Below the pieces are notes generated by a model. The model was not told the origin of the DNA, did no database searches, and was given only the letters and a program-made list of their open reading frames with translations. DNA of 63,825 nucleotides, the filler included, from Intoshia linei (taxonomy: Eukaryota > Animalia > Orthonectida), in NCBI GenBank assembly GCA_001642005.1. It is 7 parts of 7 records of this genome, joined end to end, with 100 filler letters (N's around TTAATTAATTAA, not from the genome) between each part and the next. Parts side by side here need not be neighbours in the genome. Positions count along the whole stretch, not along the records: positions 1 to 28,584 come from LWCA01000408.1; 6 more parts are not named here. One strand, written 5' to 3'. The position numbers were made by a program, and so were the translations under genes. This document shows, piece after piece, positions 11,722-25,957 of the stretch (position 1 is the first letter of the stretch; every line of letters begins with the position of its first letter).

Positions 11722-14216
11722 ATGCAAAAACGTGGTCTGTCATCACTGTACTCTAGGTCTCGGCCAATTAACGAGATTGATGAATCCATAATATTAATAA
11801 TCTCGTTGATAATATAATTTTTTTTAATCTAAGAAAATTGGACTTTGAATTGTATTTTAAATTTGTAAAAAATAAGTGGTTTTATATACAATATCTAAAA
11901 ATTTAAAAATTCGTGTTAAATTAATTTTTCTTGACGTTAACAGAGGTAAAAAAACAATAACCGAGGGTGTCTGTATATCATATTGATTATATACTAGAGT
12001 TCAATTTCAAATTATTTTGATGGAAAAATGCGTGCTTCTGAATCTACTGAATTTTTTGATATTCATGACCCAGTAAAACTATTTATATATGAATTTTATT
12101 TATGACTTTCAGGCTACCAATAAAAAAATATCACAAGTTCCTCAAACAACATCGCAAGAATTCGTATCTGCATTAAAATCAGCGAAGGATGCTTTCCCAG
12201 AATGGTCAAATACGTCTGTCATGAAACGTCAGCAAATATTATTCAAGTACAAACAACTTATCGAATTAAATTCAGTAATATATAACTGACATGGAATTGT
12301 ATCTGATTTAGAACAGATTGGCAGAATTAATAACAAAAGACAATGGAAAAATTTTAGAAGACGCAAAAGGAGATGTTCTTCGAGGATTACGTTTTATTTT
12401 TATACATTATTTACCTTATTGACGGATTTCAACTTTTCAAAATTGATGAATTCTTATGTAGTGGAATTTGTTCCAATTTGACACTCATGGAGTTAGATTA
12501 TAATCTAATTAATGAATAAGTTAAGATACAGTTCAATTCATTGTTTATTTAGGGCTCTAGGCCAGTAATTCTCAATCTGTGGTCCTTTTGAAAGTTTTTC
12601 CGGTTCGCCGAATATTTTTGAAATGTTTTGTCTTTAAGACTTTTTTGTTTCATAAATAAATGCATATTTTTAGAAATTATTGATTTTTGTTGCTCGATTC
12701 CTAACCTTTTAATGGGCAAAACATTGGATAATATAAGTACGAATATGAATCTTTATAGTTCTCGTGCACCACTGGGAGTTACTGCTGGAATTTGTCCATT
12801 TAATTTCCCCGTAATGATACCTTTATGGGTAATTAATACTAATTATACATTTAGAATAAATTTTATCTACTTATAATTATGTATAACATTTTTTTCAATA
12901 GATGATTGGACCATCAGTAGCATGTGGAAATACAATAATTATTAAACCCTCTGAAAGAAATCCTTTGTCTACAATGGAATTATTTGAGTTGGCTAGTAAA
13001 GCCGGATTTCCTAAAGGTGTGATAAATGCAGTTCATGGCAAAAAAAAAAGTACATTTCATAAACAAATATAAAAATTTTAGCCGTCGACTTTCTATGTAA
13101 AGATCCAAATATATGTGCAATTTCATTTGTTGGTTCTGGAAAAACAGTATTTCAAATATTTACTGATTATATTTTAAAAATAGGGAAAATACGTATATGA
13201 AACAAGTACTAAACATGGAAAAAGAGCCCAAGTCAATATGGTAGAGTTCTATATTTCTTTTAGTGAAACTAATCATAAAATAAAATTAGGACGCAAAAAA
13301 TCATGTAATAGTATTGCCAAATGCTCACAAAGAATCGACTATCAAATCGGTAATTTAATAAAAAACATTAAAATTAAAATATTAGATTGTTAGTGCCGCA
13401 TTTGGAGCAGCCGGACAAAGATGTATGGCTTTACCAGTTGTTATTTTAGTTGGATCCACAGATACATGGATAGAAGACATAATAAGTGAAGCGAAAAGAT
13501 TAAAAATCGGCCCAGGTAAAAGGTAATTAAATAAAATAATTTTTTCAGGTCATACGGAACAAACAGATATTGGTCCCATGATAACTCCGCAAGCCAAAAT
13601 GCGTTTAATATCTATAGTGGAAAAGTCTATAAAACAAGGAGCTAAAATTTTACTTGACGGAACTAGCCTGGTGGTAAAAAATTATGAAAATGGAAATTTT
13701 GTTGGTCCTACGATCTTAACTGACGTTAATGTAATTTGGTATTTTTCATTTGATAAATATAAACTAGATAAACATGGAGTGTTACAAAAAAGAAATATTT
13801 GGACCCGTTTTATCTGTTTTAAATTGTGACACCCTAGATAACGCAATAGAAATAGTAAATAAAAATCGATTTGGAAATGGAGCCGCTATATTTACAGACA
13901 ACGGTGTCGACGCAAATGAATTTGTATGCAAAATAAATGTTGGACAGGTAAAAAATGTAAATATGCATTAATTTATTAGCTAGGAATAAATGTTCCAATC
14001 CCAGTTCCATTGCCAATGTTTTCATTTAGTGGAAACAAAGATTCATTTTTAGGAGATTTAAATTTTTACGGACAACATGTAACATATATTGTGAATAATA
14101 TATTTTAACATTAGGGGATTGAATTTTACACATATACAAAAACTATAACTTCAAATTGGTCACGAAAGTATACCAAGTCGAACATGTCAACTCCATCAAT
14201 GCCAACTATTAAGTAA
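11722..14216 (+). CDS. ALDH6A1: Methylmalonate-semialdehyde dehydrogenase (acylating), mitochondrial; ~13 exons
   Basis: Spliced translation contains [54 protein letters not shown], catalytic [31 protein letters not shown] and [33 protein letters not shown]. Stop TAA at 14214-14216. Start is tentative; the first secure exon is ~11998. Confidence 0.95.
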
Positions 14217-14378
14217 ATTAATCGTAAACATAAATCTTTAAATAACCTTGCACGAATTTAAATTTAAATAAAAAAATTAAAACTGACGAATTATGAATCC
14301 AGCAAAATTACATTTTAATTCAGATATTAATATAATTGATACATTATTTTACGCTTAGAATAGATGATATTGTTTGTT

Positions 14379-17300
14379 TTAATGAGCAAAGATACGACGA
14401 AATATATGAATCCGGCTGACATTTAGAATATTGGGACAAAAAAGAAACAAGAATGCAACTTTGGGCTAAAATAATTTAAATTTAACAGTTAGGATATGTA
14501 CCTATTTTCTGTTTTTCATATCTATCCACCCATTTGACCTGATCAAATAAAATAACTGGATTAACTCTCTTTAATATTAACAACATCGTCTTGTGGAGTT
14601 TAATCTATAATATTGAATGATTACATATAATAGTTCTCATACTTTGCTTTCTGAAGAAGATTTTATAATTTGAGGCAAATGGAGGCATATAGTTGATAGA
14701 ATACCAATATCAGTTTCAATGTTTTTGGCTACATTGAAAACGTGAACATCGTTGTAGTTTCGATATGTACTTAGAGCTTTAAACTCGCAAGTTATCAACC
14801 AATCGAAAAATTTGTACAGTATTATAGTATAAGTATCAGAAAAAGTAGAAGGTTTTGCTACAATACCATATAATTGCTCTCTTATTGACATAATACAAGA
14901 CAACAAACGATTTAAATTGGCTTCATCATAATTAATAACTATTTGTCCACAAAAATATAAAAGAATGGATACCTTCATTATCGGTTGCAAACTCTCATCT
15001 CCTTTTGTCTTTTGTACATATTTGTAGATGTAAGTCATTCTCTTCATCCTTTCATTGTCACAAAAAGGCCATCTAGTCGCCAATTCTATGTAAGAGCACC
15101 ACCATAATTCTACAATTTCGTAATCATCTTTTCGAATGCAAATGTGTTTTATGCATCGAAGATACTTTAATGGAGTCAATGTGTCTTCTGCGCGTGGAAA
15201 ATTAGTAGCTGTAGGATATTCACAATTCGTCGGTGTACTAATTAATGCTTTTTTGAAAAGCCAGCTAACAAAATGATGTTTGAAAATAATTAATGGATTT
15301 AAGGTAAACTGCCGACGACTCAAGTTAATGTCATGTATATTGAAAGAATTTCTCAATTCCACTTCACCTTCATCTGAAAAAAAGAATTTATTTCCTAATG
15401 GGTGCTTAAGCCAATGAAACGTATCATGTGCCTTGTTTAACTTAAAGTATAATCGCATAGCACGTCGGCAGAAATAACGATGCATAATTTTCTTTGTCCA
15501 TCCAGGACACACTAATCGACAAATAATTGAGGTATTAAAGTATATTCCAATTTTTTGGTCAAGATAATTTTTCGTTTTTACATTTTTTACAGCGTTTAAT
15601 GAAGAAAAAGCGAAATATAAAGCTATGATATTCAAGTGTTTTCGACGATTTTTCGGTTTAGTAGTACAAATTTCGTGAAAACAAATTTGAACCATACGAT
15701 CATATAGAGATGCAATTTTCATATAATCATGTATTGTAAACACACGGTTCATCATTATGTAGGGATTTAGAAAAAAATTGAATATATAGAAAATTATCTG
15801 AATAAATAGAGCAAAAAATATTCTAAAAAATCCAATATTTTCAACAAATTTTATTGTATCGTATTGTCCAAGATATGTCATTATGTTTCTTAATGTTTCA
15901 TTTCTAATATTTTCATTATTAATATCTTTATTACATGATTCCGATTCTGAAATATTCTTTTGGTCGTGTTTCTTGTGGAATTTAATTATGTTTTCACGTT
16001 GAAAAAATGTAAGGTTTTTAGAGAGAAAATCAAAGTTATAATGTAATTGATCCCATTCTTCTTTGTTCCAAGACGGTCCTCGTTTTTTCAACTTTGCATC
16101 CATAGACAAATCACTTTCAGATAGTAGTCTTTGACGAGGCAAAAAAAAGAAACATTTAAATAAAAACATCATAACGACAAAATTTATCATCCACCCCAAA
16201 ATCCACAGTATTATCATGTAGAACATGCTGAACGTGGAAGACTTGTCAATTAGCAATGCATCTTGACCAGGATTGGTATTCATCGAAAATAAAAGACGAC
16301 TATGTATATTTGGAGTGATTTGGAATGATTTTGTTTCTATTTTTCCAAATATTGGATACCAAGAGAGCGTACTTGTTATTAAGGAACAAGGATTAAATGA
16401 AAACAACGCACATAGTAGAATAAATGCATACACATTGGTTCTAGGGTGCATATAATCGTTATTATTTCTAGGTTCTGGGCGTTTTATTGGAGATTCTGGG
16501 TAGGTGCATTCAATTTCTTCAGTGTCATCATTTGTGCTAGACAAAAACGAAGGACTTTCACTAAAGCACCCTTCTTTCTTGAAAGCATTTTTTAAATTAT
16601 CATTATTCAAATTTGATTTGGAATTTGTATTAGAATAAATTATTTGTTTCAATTTTTTATTTTCCAAGTTGAGTTCTCGGTTTATACTCTGCAATTTTTT
16701 GATTTTTGCAATTGCCATTTTGAGAATCGATGCTTTAGATAAACGCGAATCACATTCTGTTGTTAAAATTTGTTTCAGTTCCAGTATTTTATCATTTATA
16801 CTCATCCTGTAGCGTTTTTCGATTACATTATGGCTGATTGTTCTTTTTCCTTTTTTATATTTATGTTCATAATGAACCGGACTTACACCGGATATATCAC
16901 CAGAACTGCGATCTGGGCTGTTTATTAAATTATAACTATTGTTCGTTTCCTCCATACGTATGTTGTTGTATACATTTAAGTTTTTGTTTTGCGCATCATT
17001 CATAGACAACATGGGGGACATATTATCATTATTCGATTTAACGAAATTAGAGTTTTGTTTTAAGTAAAAATTTCTAGGTTCACGAGGTTGTCTTTCTTGT
17101 GTATTATCATATGAACTATTAATCGGCAAGCTATCTACAGCAATTAAGTTTGGAACAACTGAAGAATTATCATATTGATATCCAAACATGGGAATTAGTG
17201 TATCACCATACCCATTATTGCATTTAATGGGAGAAATATTTTGTCCATTCCAATGGTGGTTTATATCATTAACACCGCTAAAGAAAGTTTTTTTTTTTTT

Positions 17301-18378
17301 TGTATTTAAGTACAACTCCCCATTAAATAAAGATTGTGCATTTTTCGGTATATAATTAGTATTATACATTGCTGAATCATACGTTTGAGAAGAGTTTATA
17401 AAACTTCCAACTTGTTCATATGAAATATTAGAAGGGGGTTTAATTTCATTTGTTGTGTTGCATTTTATTTCACTTTCCTGCATTGTGTAATTTTGCGTCT
17501 AAAATTTGAATTTAAACGGAAGCCGTAAATTTATCGTGATTTAACAAATATAATAGTTTAGATTTTAACTTATGACTAAATTTAGCATTATGAATTGATA
17601 CAAAAACCGCAATCTACTAAAATGAGATTGCAAAATAAGGATTACAGTAATCATTCATATTATATACATATGATTTGGATGTGACAATCCTTATTCAGTA
17701 ATATAATTTAAACAGCGTATCAAAAATTTTTAAATGTTAGAGCTTTACTTATATAAAATTGAATGTGTGTGTTACCGTTTATTTCAAAAATTTAAAACTC
17801 CTAGAATTTAAGAAAACCCAATTTCTAATAGTTTTTCGAGAGAGATATGTTTATGCAAGTTTTATTTTCAGAAATGTAATCCTTCATGGTCTAAAGCCCA
17901 TTTTACCCTTTCTTTTAAAATAAAATAAACCCTATAATTTAAAAAAACAAACATTTTGGAACACGTTTAAAGTCTTACATACCCTATCAAAAATATTTCA
18001 ATTTTTAACTCAGACGAATTTATCGATTAAAATTTAAATTGCCTTTTCAATTATACGTTCACATCATTATAAGTAGTAATCATAATATGACAAAATTACT
18101 AATTACAATATTAAGAAAAAAATATAAATAAAACTTACAGAATGTATAACTTTTGATTTGATGTATGGACTGTGTACAAACATAGCATTGTCTGATTTAA
18201 TCGGAAAATTAATATCGTCAAAGAAATCATCACTCATAGACTGAAGAACTTCAGGGTTTTCATGTTTGCTGCATTTTGAATCATTTAAAAAGGTATCAAT
18301 TAAATCTAAATATTTAGCAAATCGTAAATAAAATTTACCATCTATCCTGTTAGATTGATCCTTAGATGCAGAATTCAT
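14379..18378 (-). CDS. SREBF: Sterol regulatory element-binding protein (bHLH-Zip, membrane-tethered); exons 18378-18139, 17498-14643, 14604-14502, 14465-14379
   Basis: bHLH HNVIEKRYRMSINDKI carries the SREBP-diagnostic Tyr. Also a leucine zipper, TM1 with NP motif (LLCALFSFNP), luminal RLLF, TM2, and regulatory domain WLKHPLGNKFF / ELWWCS. Acidic exon 1 (DDFFDD) splices in phase 0 into the long ORF. Confidence 0.93.
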
Positions 18379-18604
18379 GGCTCTTTTATATTTTACAACT
18401 AAAATTAAAAGTAAACATTTATGCTTAGAGATAGTTTAAATCGCAATTAGTATATCGAATTTAATTTTATTGCACAATACAAGGAACTTATTTAGTTATA
18501 ATACGTACTATATTTTGTAAATTGGAACTACTTTTGGAACTTACTTGATGAAATATATTTATACATGTATTTATAATACATTGTAGGTACTAACTAGGTA
18601 ATAA

Positions 18605-18660
18605 CTAGTCTGTTTGTTATACTTCGTAAAAACAGTAGGTAGCTTTGCCGAGGGCAAATT
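18605..18660 (-). mobile_element. Helitron 3' terminus fragment
   Basis: Minus strand GCCCTCGGCAAAGCTACC..TTTTTACGAAG..GACTAG|T resembles the ends at 43945-43995 and 50118-50170. Confidence 0.5.
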
Positions 18661-19866
18661 TTTTCAGCTCTATTTTAATGCATCATAAATAAATATGTAA
18701 ATAATAATTAATGTACATTATTTTTTTCTTTTATTTTCTACTTATACATTACAAATGTAATGTTTGTCAAAATATCGAGAATAACCTGTATATCAAATTT
18801 TAATAAAAAATTGAGTTAATATATAGTGAAGACTCCTTATAAGCACACTTTATATATGTGCTTATTTCTATTTAACGGAATTCCTCGTTAATGGAAAAAA
18901 GGTCTGGATTAACGGACTGATTTTTTCTAAAGTACAAAAATTTCGTTAAATTTTAACTTAAAATGACTGCCATCTTAATTATAATAATACTTAAGATTTT
19001 TCGGTTGAAATGAAAAGCTATATATACGTAAAACATTTTATTTTCTTCTTACTTAATTATGATAATAATGGTTGATTATTAATTATATAACATGAAATTA
19101 TCTACAAATATAGGTTAAGCGGAATGAAAATCAAAATATTTTCGTTGTTATAATGCAGTGGTTCCCGATTCAAATAATATACGGAACCCATTTCAAAATA
19201 TAATAATGATTAAAATATATTATGTAACCATTGGTTATGGATATATTGCCATATTTTTTATAAGTCAGATAGGTTATTTCATGTTTTCTAGCCTAATATA
19301 CAAAGTTTTGCCTATCAAATTAATGTATAAACAAAATTGCATAGTTTTAACCGATCTAGGGCATTCAAGCGTATGACCGGAGAGGTTTTTTTGCTAACCA
19401 ATAAAAAATTTTTATCAGAATGTGGTTTTTTGATAATTATTCATGTTTTCTATTGATAAATCTTTGTATTTTCCAAAATTCACCCCTTTCAGAAACACCC
19501 TACTGTACATTGTAGATTTTGACGAATAGTGGAGGTTTGATTGTATCTATAAAAAAATATCTATACAAAAAGACAATATAAATGAAATAGAAAATCACTA
19601 CTAAATCACAGTCAAAATTTGCTTAAAAATTGACCTTTTTTCAGCTAATGCTACTATTAGTGGTTTTACTAGCAAACATTTTAAATTTTTATTAGACAAA
19701 ATATTTTTATTCTTCACTGCTGGTTCACATGGAAAGGGTATTGGTAGTTTGTACTTCATTTTTTTAAGGTTGCTTGACTCATTATTCGGCTAAATGAATT
19801 TATTAACATTATAAATTAAGTTTACATTGAACTATGTGATTGGTACATTACATGGCGTATAGCAGA

Positions 19867-20369
19867 CAGTGGCGGATCTAGGATTTTTAGCCAGGGTGCG
19901 AAATAATTATTAGGGTCTAAACTCATATAATGTATTTAAATTGAATTTTTATATTATGTTTATTAATATATTTCTTTACTCATAATAATTGATATTTTTT
20001 TTCTAGTTTACATTCTACTAAATTTATCAACAACTAAATCAAAATCAACATTTTCGGCAAGTTATCTTTCAATTACACTTACGATTACTAACTTGTAATT
20101 GATGTATCAACAACGTTAAGTCCGATAATTATCGGTATTAATTAAGTTAAATTATCATTTAAATTAAACTGCTGTTAAACTCTGATAATAAATAACATAC
20201 ATAAAACTTAAAGAATGATAACAAGCATAATTTTATAAATGCAATGTGGTGTGTCCTATAAATTTTTTTTTAATTTTACACCATGTTACTATACAAATTA
20301 AAATATTTTAGGTAAAATTTGTCACGCCAGTAGGGACGACCGCCCTGCACACACCTAGATCTGCTACTG
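19867..20369. mobile_element. hAT-type MITE
   Basis: TIR CAGTGGCGGATCTAGG / CCTAGATCTGCTACTG (14/16); flanks ATAGCAGA / ATAACAGG (6/8). Confidence 0.75.
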
Positions 20370-20703
20370 ATAACAGGGTGGACATATTTTTTGTAGTAAA
20401 TTTTTTTCGTTTCATTAATGATCAATCTATACACCTGTACGAAATTTTATCAGTTTACATAGTGTAAATAAATTGAATTGAACACTTTCATTAGTGTATA
20501 GTCATAAAATGAACACCTATAGTAGTGCTAGGGCAGGCAAACCCCAAATTTTGTAATTTCATTACATTTTGCGAATAATAGGTGTTATTAAACGTTATTC
20601 ATCCTATTTTATTTTGAAATAATCGACTATTTTATTTTTCGCATTCATAATTTAGTATCCCAAATGTTAACAGTCAACATTGATATTTGTTAAGTATCTA
20701 GGA

Positions 20704-21800
20704 CAGTGGTTCTTAACCGTGGTGCATAATCAATTTTTAGGGTGCACATAGCTATTTTCAATTTTTTTTAATTACATAAATAAAATAATTAGTTAAAAAT
20801 TAATTTTTTTTCTAAATGAGTAAAATTACATAATTGATATTATTATTATCAACAAAAAGATTAGATATAAGACATAATTTCATCTTGTTAATACTTATTA
20901 AGTTAAGTTAATTTTGTATTTTCAACTTTTTTAAGGTATACAAATTATGTATTTTAATATATAAATTATTATAGAGTTTTTAATTTTTTCCTTTAACGTT
21001 TAAAGGATGTCTAAAAGAAGACAATAAAATAACAATTATGTAGAATTTAGTTTTACCTGTCGTAATGATTCAGATGAAACCGAAAAACCTCAGTGCATTT
21101 ACTTTTCGGCGTTTTATGCAATAATAGCATAAAGCCAAACCTTCTACGTAATCATAGGAATATAAAACACTCAAATCCCACTGACAGTGTTGAAGTTATC
21201 GCTTGAAAAAGAAGACGTTTCGATATAGGTGGAACAGTTGACAATTTATCATTTCTTTTCAATGTAACAAAATTGTAGAGGCATAATATCATGTTGCTTA
21301 GATATTTTCTAAAAAAAAAGCATCATACCATCGGAAACGTTGATCAAACCCTGTAGTCTTAACATTGCAAAACTTCTACTTAGCGAAAAACCAAAAGGGG
21401 CACTTAAATCAATTCCTTTGTAGAACGATTATAAATTTAGCAGAAATTATCGAAGTTCAAGTTATGAATGAACTTCGAAAAAGCCTAGTAAAATTTAGTT
21501 TACAATTGGACGAATCTACTGATGTGTTTGCAAGATATGTTGTGAATGATAACATTAAGGAGCAATATTTGTTTTGTGAGTCATTAAATAAAACTACAAG
21601 AGAATTGATGTATTCTAAATAAATTATATATGACTATGATAGCTTTAAATGCTATATTTGGTGGTTTTTGGTGTAGTATGCTTAATATCTATCCATTTGT
21701 GACTGAAATTGCTCTTGAAGTAATTATTACTTTTGTTACAACATAGTTTTGTGAGGCTGGATTTTATTTTCTAACAAATTAAAAAAAAAAGAAAAAGAAA
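20704..21800 (+). mobile_element. Decayed hAT (Buster/Charlie, ZBED5/ZBED8-like) transposon with pseudogenised transposase
   Basis: Left TIR CAGTGGTTCTTAACC. Broken reading frame shows BED-finger remnants (YVEFSFT..EKPQC), FSLQLDESTD and a dimerisation-domain remnant FVTT*FCEAGF, with many stops and deletions. Confidence 0.8.
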
Positions 21801-21849
21801 TACATAAGAGGTACGTGCCGGTATGCGAGTTAGCATATCAAAAACAATG

Positions 21850-23700
21850 CGAAGATTTAGCTTACTTCTCATTTCAAAGCAACAATAACGATCCCATTAA
21901 AATTTATGTAAATAAATTTGTCAATTGTTATGTAAAAGTTTTCCGCTATAACTTAATCCGTCTATTTTGTGAGTATTCAACATTATATTTGAATAATCTA
22001 TTTTTGATTAATGAATTTGGTGGTATGACCAGGGCTACTACATTTTCCGATATTTTTCAATGGAATATTTATAGATAATATATCTACTGGATTTTGAAGT
22101 AGTACTTACAAAGCTTTTAGTGAATATGATAGTTGACACGTTTTCATTTTTATAAAGGTTTGAAGTAAGTACAGACAGGATCGTGGAGAGGGTCATATGT
22201 CCCGTGTATACAATCATGACTTCTTTAATTTATTAATAGGTATTTTATGAAAAATTTCTTAAGTATATCATAATTTCGATAATCAATGCGATTTTAACCT
22301 CTAATATATAGTACCGTGTGAGAATCATCAGATTACAGATTATAACGGATTCACTAATTTGTTACGAAATATATTACATTTCATATAAATACATTTTTTT
22401 TATATTTGTTTTTGCACTTCACAGAAAATTATTTTCACTTCATATTAAAGTTTTTGGGCTTTTTTTATATTCACGTACAATGTCAATACAATTTTGTTCA
22501 AGACTTATTGGAAAGCGCAAAGTCTTTTCTGTAATTGCCAAAACAATATAAAAACACTGTAAGTCAAAATGAAAGTTTGAATATTACATTATTGTTTTCC
22601 AATATAGTTTCTAATTTATTAATAATAGTGTTTCTATTTTTTTCTAGGTTTGAAATGCGATGAGCGAGATAGTTACTTTTTGCTTTTATTAATACAAGTT
22701 CTTGATTAATTAATAAATCGTTTCTTTTAATGTATTTTTTTTTTGATATTTCTACATTTGATTGGTAGGTATTTTCATGATTTAAAATTTTAAAGTCGGC
22801 GTAATAAGGACTTTGATATGACTTATCTTTGGATTGTATATCCTACAATTATTATAATACTGTATCCTTTAATGATGTGGTTCTTAACCTTATGGTTCGA
22901 CAGAATATCAAAAATTAAAAAAATTTATATTGAAGTGAATATTGCTTTCTCAAAATACCACCATGAACCGGTTAAGAACTGTTAAAAAAATACATTTTCA
23001 TTTCTAATTGGTAAGAGAGACAGGTATTTTTCAATAATTTCATTTTCCTGCGTATCTTGATTTAAAATATTGGTGTATTCATTAAAATTTCTATAAAAAA
23101 TAAATGTGAATATTTAATTATGAACCTTTTGCTCATAAAATTTTGCTTATTATATGGTTCACATTGAAGACTCTGCGATCTAATAAGATACAATCTGCGG
23201 TTATTTTTCGTGAAATCAGATTGTTTTGCATTTAAGTTAGTAATTTTATTTTCATTATCTAGACATAATCCAATAAATTTTAAAACAGTAATTTTATTCT
23301 GCAACTACACACAAATCGATATGAGATATAAAAATGTATTGTATTATTGATTTTATTATATATTTAATTATTCTTATTATTTGTAAAATTTAATTTATAC
23401 TTGAATTATATTTTGCATTTGAAATGCATGTATTGCATATTGACGTGGTGCCTCGAATGAATGTTTTAGTGTATGGTTCATTTTTTGTAAGCTCTTCGCA
23501 TTGATTTGTTTCTTGATTTATAATATAATACATTTTGGTATTTTCCATTTTATGGTCCAGAAATCTGTCATACACAACATTGGTATTAGAAAATGCATTA
23601 TTCTATTAAAAAAATTATTAAAATTTAAACTTGTTCACACAATTTTTAGTGTCATCAAAAATTTTGTAGCATCAAACAGCTCAATACCACATCTATGTTT
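21850..23700 (-). CDS. Possible uncharacterised multi-exon gene
   Basis: Consecutive minus-strand exon-like ORFs (23600-23400, 23304-23062, ~22840-22700, ~22560-22440), several with AG/GT boundaries. No homology recognised. Confidence 0.3.
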
Positions 23701-25599
23701 GGTTCAATATATAATTATTAAATATATATTATTATAATATATCAACTTTAAATAAATTAAATTTATAGCAATAAATCATATTTAAACATGTGTTCATATT
23801 GAAATTACCTGTAATATTAGGGAATCAAAAACATAAAAATTATCGAAATTGAAAAAGTACTTATAATTATTCTAGGGAAACTGTAAACTTACTTGAGCAA
23901 ATTATTACATATAATTTACATAGATAACTACACACATCAGTGGTCGTCAACGTTTTTAAAATATATAAATAATTTAATCATTTTGCGTCCCGTTACCGAC
24001 CGCGTCCCGGTTGAGAAAACATGATATATATTATAACCCATATATTTTTAAATTAAATTTATATTAAAAATTTTAATTGTCGTAACATACTAACTAACAC
24101 TCACTGTGAATATATTTTTTTGATACATAAAGGTACATTATCGTAAATTTATTGTAGAATTAAAAAATTACACCCTCGGAAAAGTTAGATACTGTTTGTA
24201 CGAAGTGCCAGGGATTGGAATTAATTATTGGTAAAGATTCAATCAATTTATAATTAAGTGCAGTTAATTGGTACATTTTTTTATATTATTTATTGAAATT
24301 ATACATGAATGTTTATAAATCAAGGTAAATAATAGTTTGTCAACTTTTGATGTTAATTTTTTTTATTGGAAAATTATTTTTACCTTAACTTTCTATAAAT
24401 TGTATATACTTTTATATTTTTAATTAGAATAAACAAGGTACAATCATATAAAAATTAATTTTTTTGGTTTATTATATCAAAATTTATACTAAAAATTTAA
24501 TTTTATATTCAATTTATTTATCTAAAAATGATAATTATAATTAATTAATTGATTAACTAGTTTAAATCAATTAAAAACATCTACATTTACAATTAAACGA
24601 GGGTGAGGTCGTGCTTATATGCTTGAAATATGACTGAAAAACTTGAAATATGAATATACTTGAAAGATCACTAGTATTTGAAATGAATTTAATTTGTTTC
24701 ATTCTTGTAAATACAATTTTTGACCAATTAGAAATAGAATACTGTATTTAAATTAAAATCTAAATCTATATCTTAGACTAAGTGCAAGTTGTTCATTTTA
24801 TTTTTAACACACCTTGAGTAAAATTTAAAATTATATTAAGAGTTAATAAGTAAAATGATTAATTTTAACTCATTTCTCATGCCATACGGTCTTGGATTTT
24901 TTCAATTTCTAAAATTCAATCAAAACGTTAACACTTTAATGTATATTAATATATTATGTAAGTGACATAAATATTCTCTGATACGTTATGTTCGTATAAA
25001 AAATGTAATATTTATAATTTTTTATTATTAATATGAAGTTTAACTAAATTTATTTTAATGTATTTTTTCATCCCGTAAACGTCACCAGTTTGACAAACGC
25101 TGATAATTATAATCGAATTTTACAATCGAACCTTTTCATTTTGTTGCAAATTAAATTTGTTTACATGTTTAATTATATAAATACTTTCAAACTTTATAGT
25201 ATGCACATTATTTTGAAATCAAATCATAATCGGGCTCAATACATGGTAATGTTAAATTAAATTTTAACGGTAATTTAAAATATATGAATAAATTATATTT
25301 TGTTTATCAGCAACGTAAAATATATTTTCCTATGGCTTGTATTTATAGCGTCAGTTGACGCTATAACTGTGCCTGGTTGTTAGTTCTCGGCAACAGTTGA
25401 CAAGAATAGATTTGGTCTATTGATAAAATAAGGATATTCATCATTTACATCTTGAATATATAAAGACACCCAAATAACTGACTCATCCATAAAACTTGGA
25501 TTTTGGTAGTCATTTTCAAAATTTTTTGATTAATACTGGAAAAATGAAATTTCGTTTACTCGGGGAAACATCATAATCCAGTCTATCGTCTTTCGTTCT

Positions 25600-25957
25600 A
25601 GAAAGGAGGTTATTTCAGGAAACAAGTCTTTGTCAAATTAGTATTTTAAATAGTTTGTCAGTAAAAATATTAAATTGTCAGTTGATATAATAAATTGTCT
25701 GTATTTTAGGTGTCAGTATAAATAATTTATTGTCAGTATCTAAATTGGAAGAGCAGTAAAAAAAATTAATTTGTCAATTATACTCTTTATATTCTTTAAA
25801 TATACTGTCAATATATCCTTGACTATACAGTATATACTGAAAAAATAATTTTAATATTTATACTGACAATTTTTTTTGAAAATACTGAAAATTTTTTATT
25901 TAAATACTGACAGTTTCGGCAATTAAATAATGACAAATAAAATACTTCCCTTTTCCT
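25600..25957. repeat. Foldback-like element with arrays of TGTCAGTA / TACTGACA motifs
   Basis: About 7 copies of (T)TGTCA(G/A)TA in 25630-25810, then inverted ATACTGA(C/A)A copies in 25835-25935; purine-rich and pyrimidine-rich complementary ends. Confidence 0.55.
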
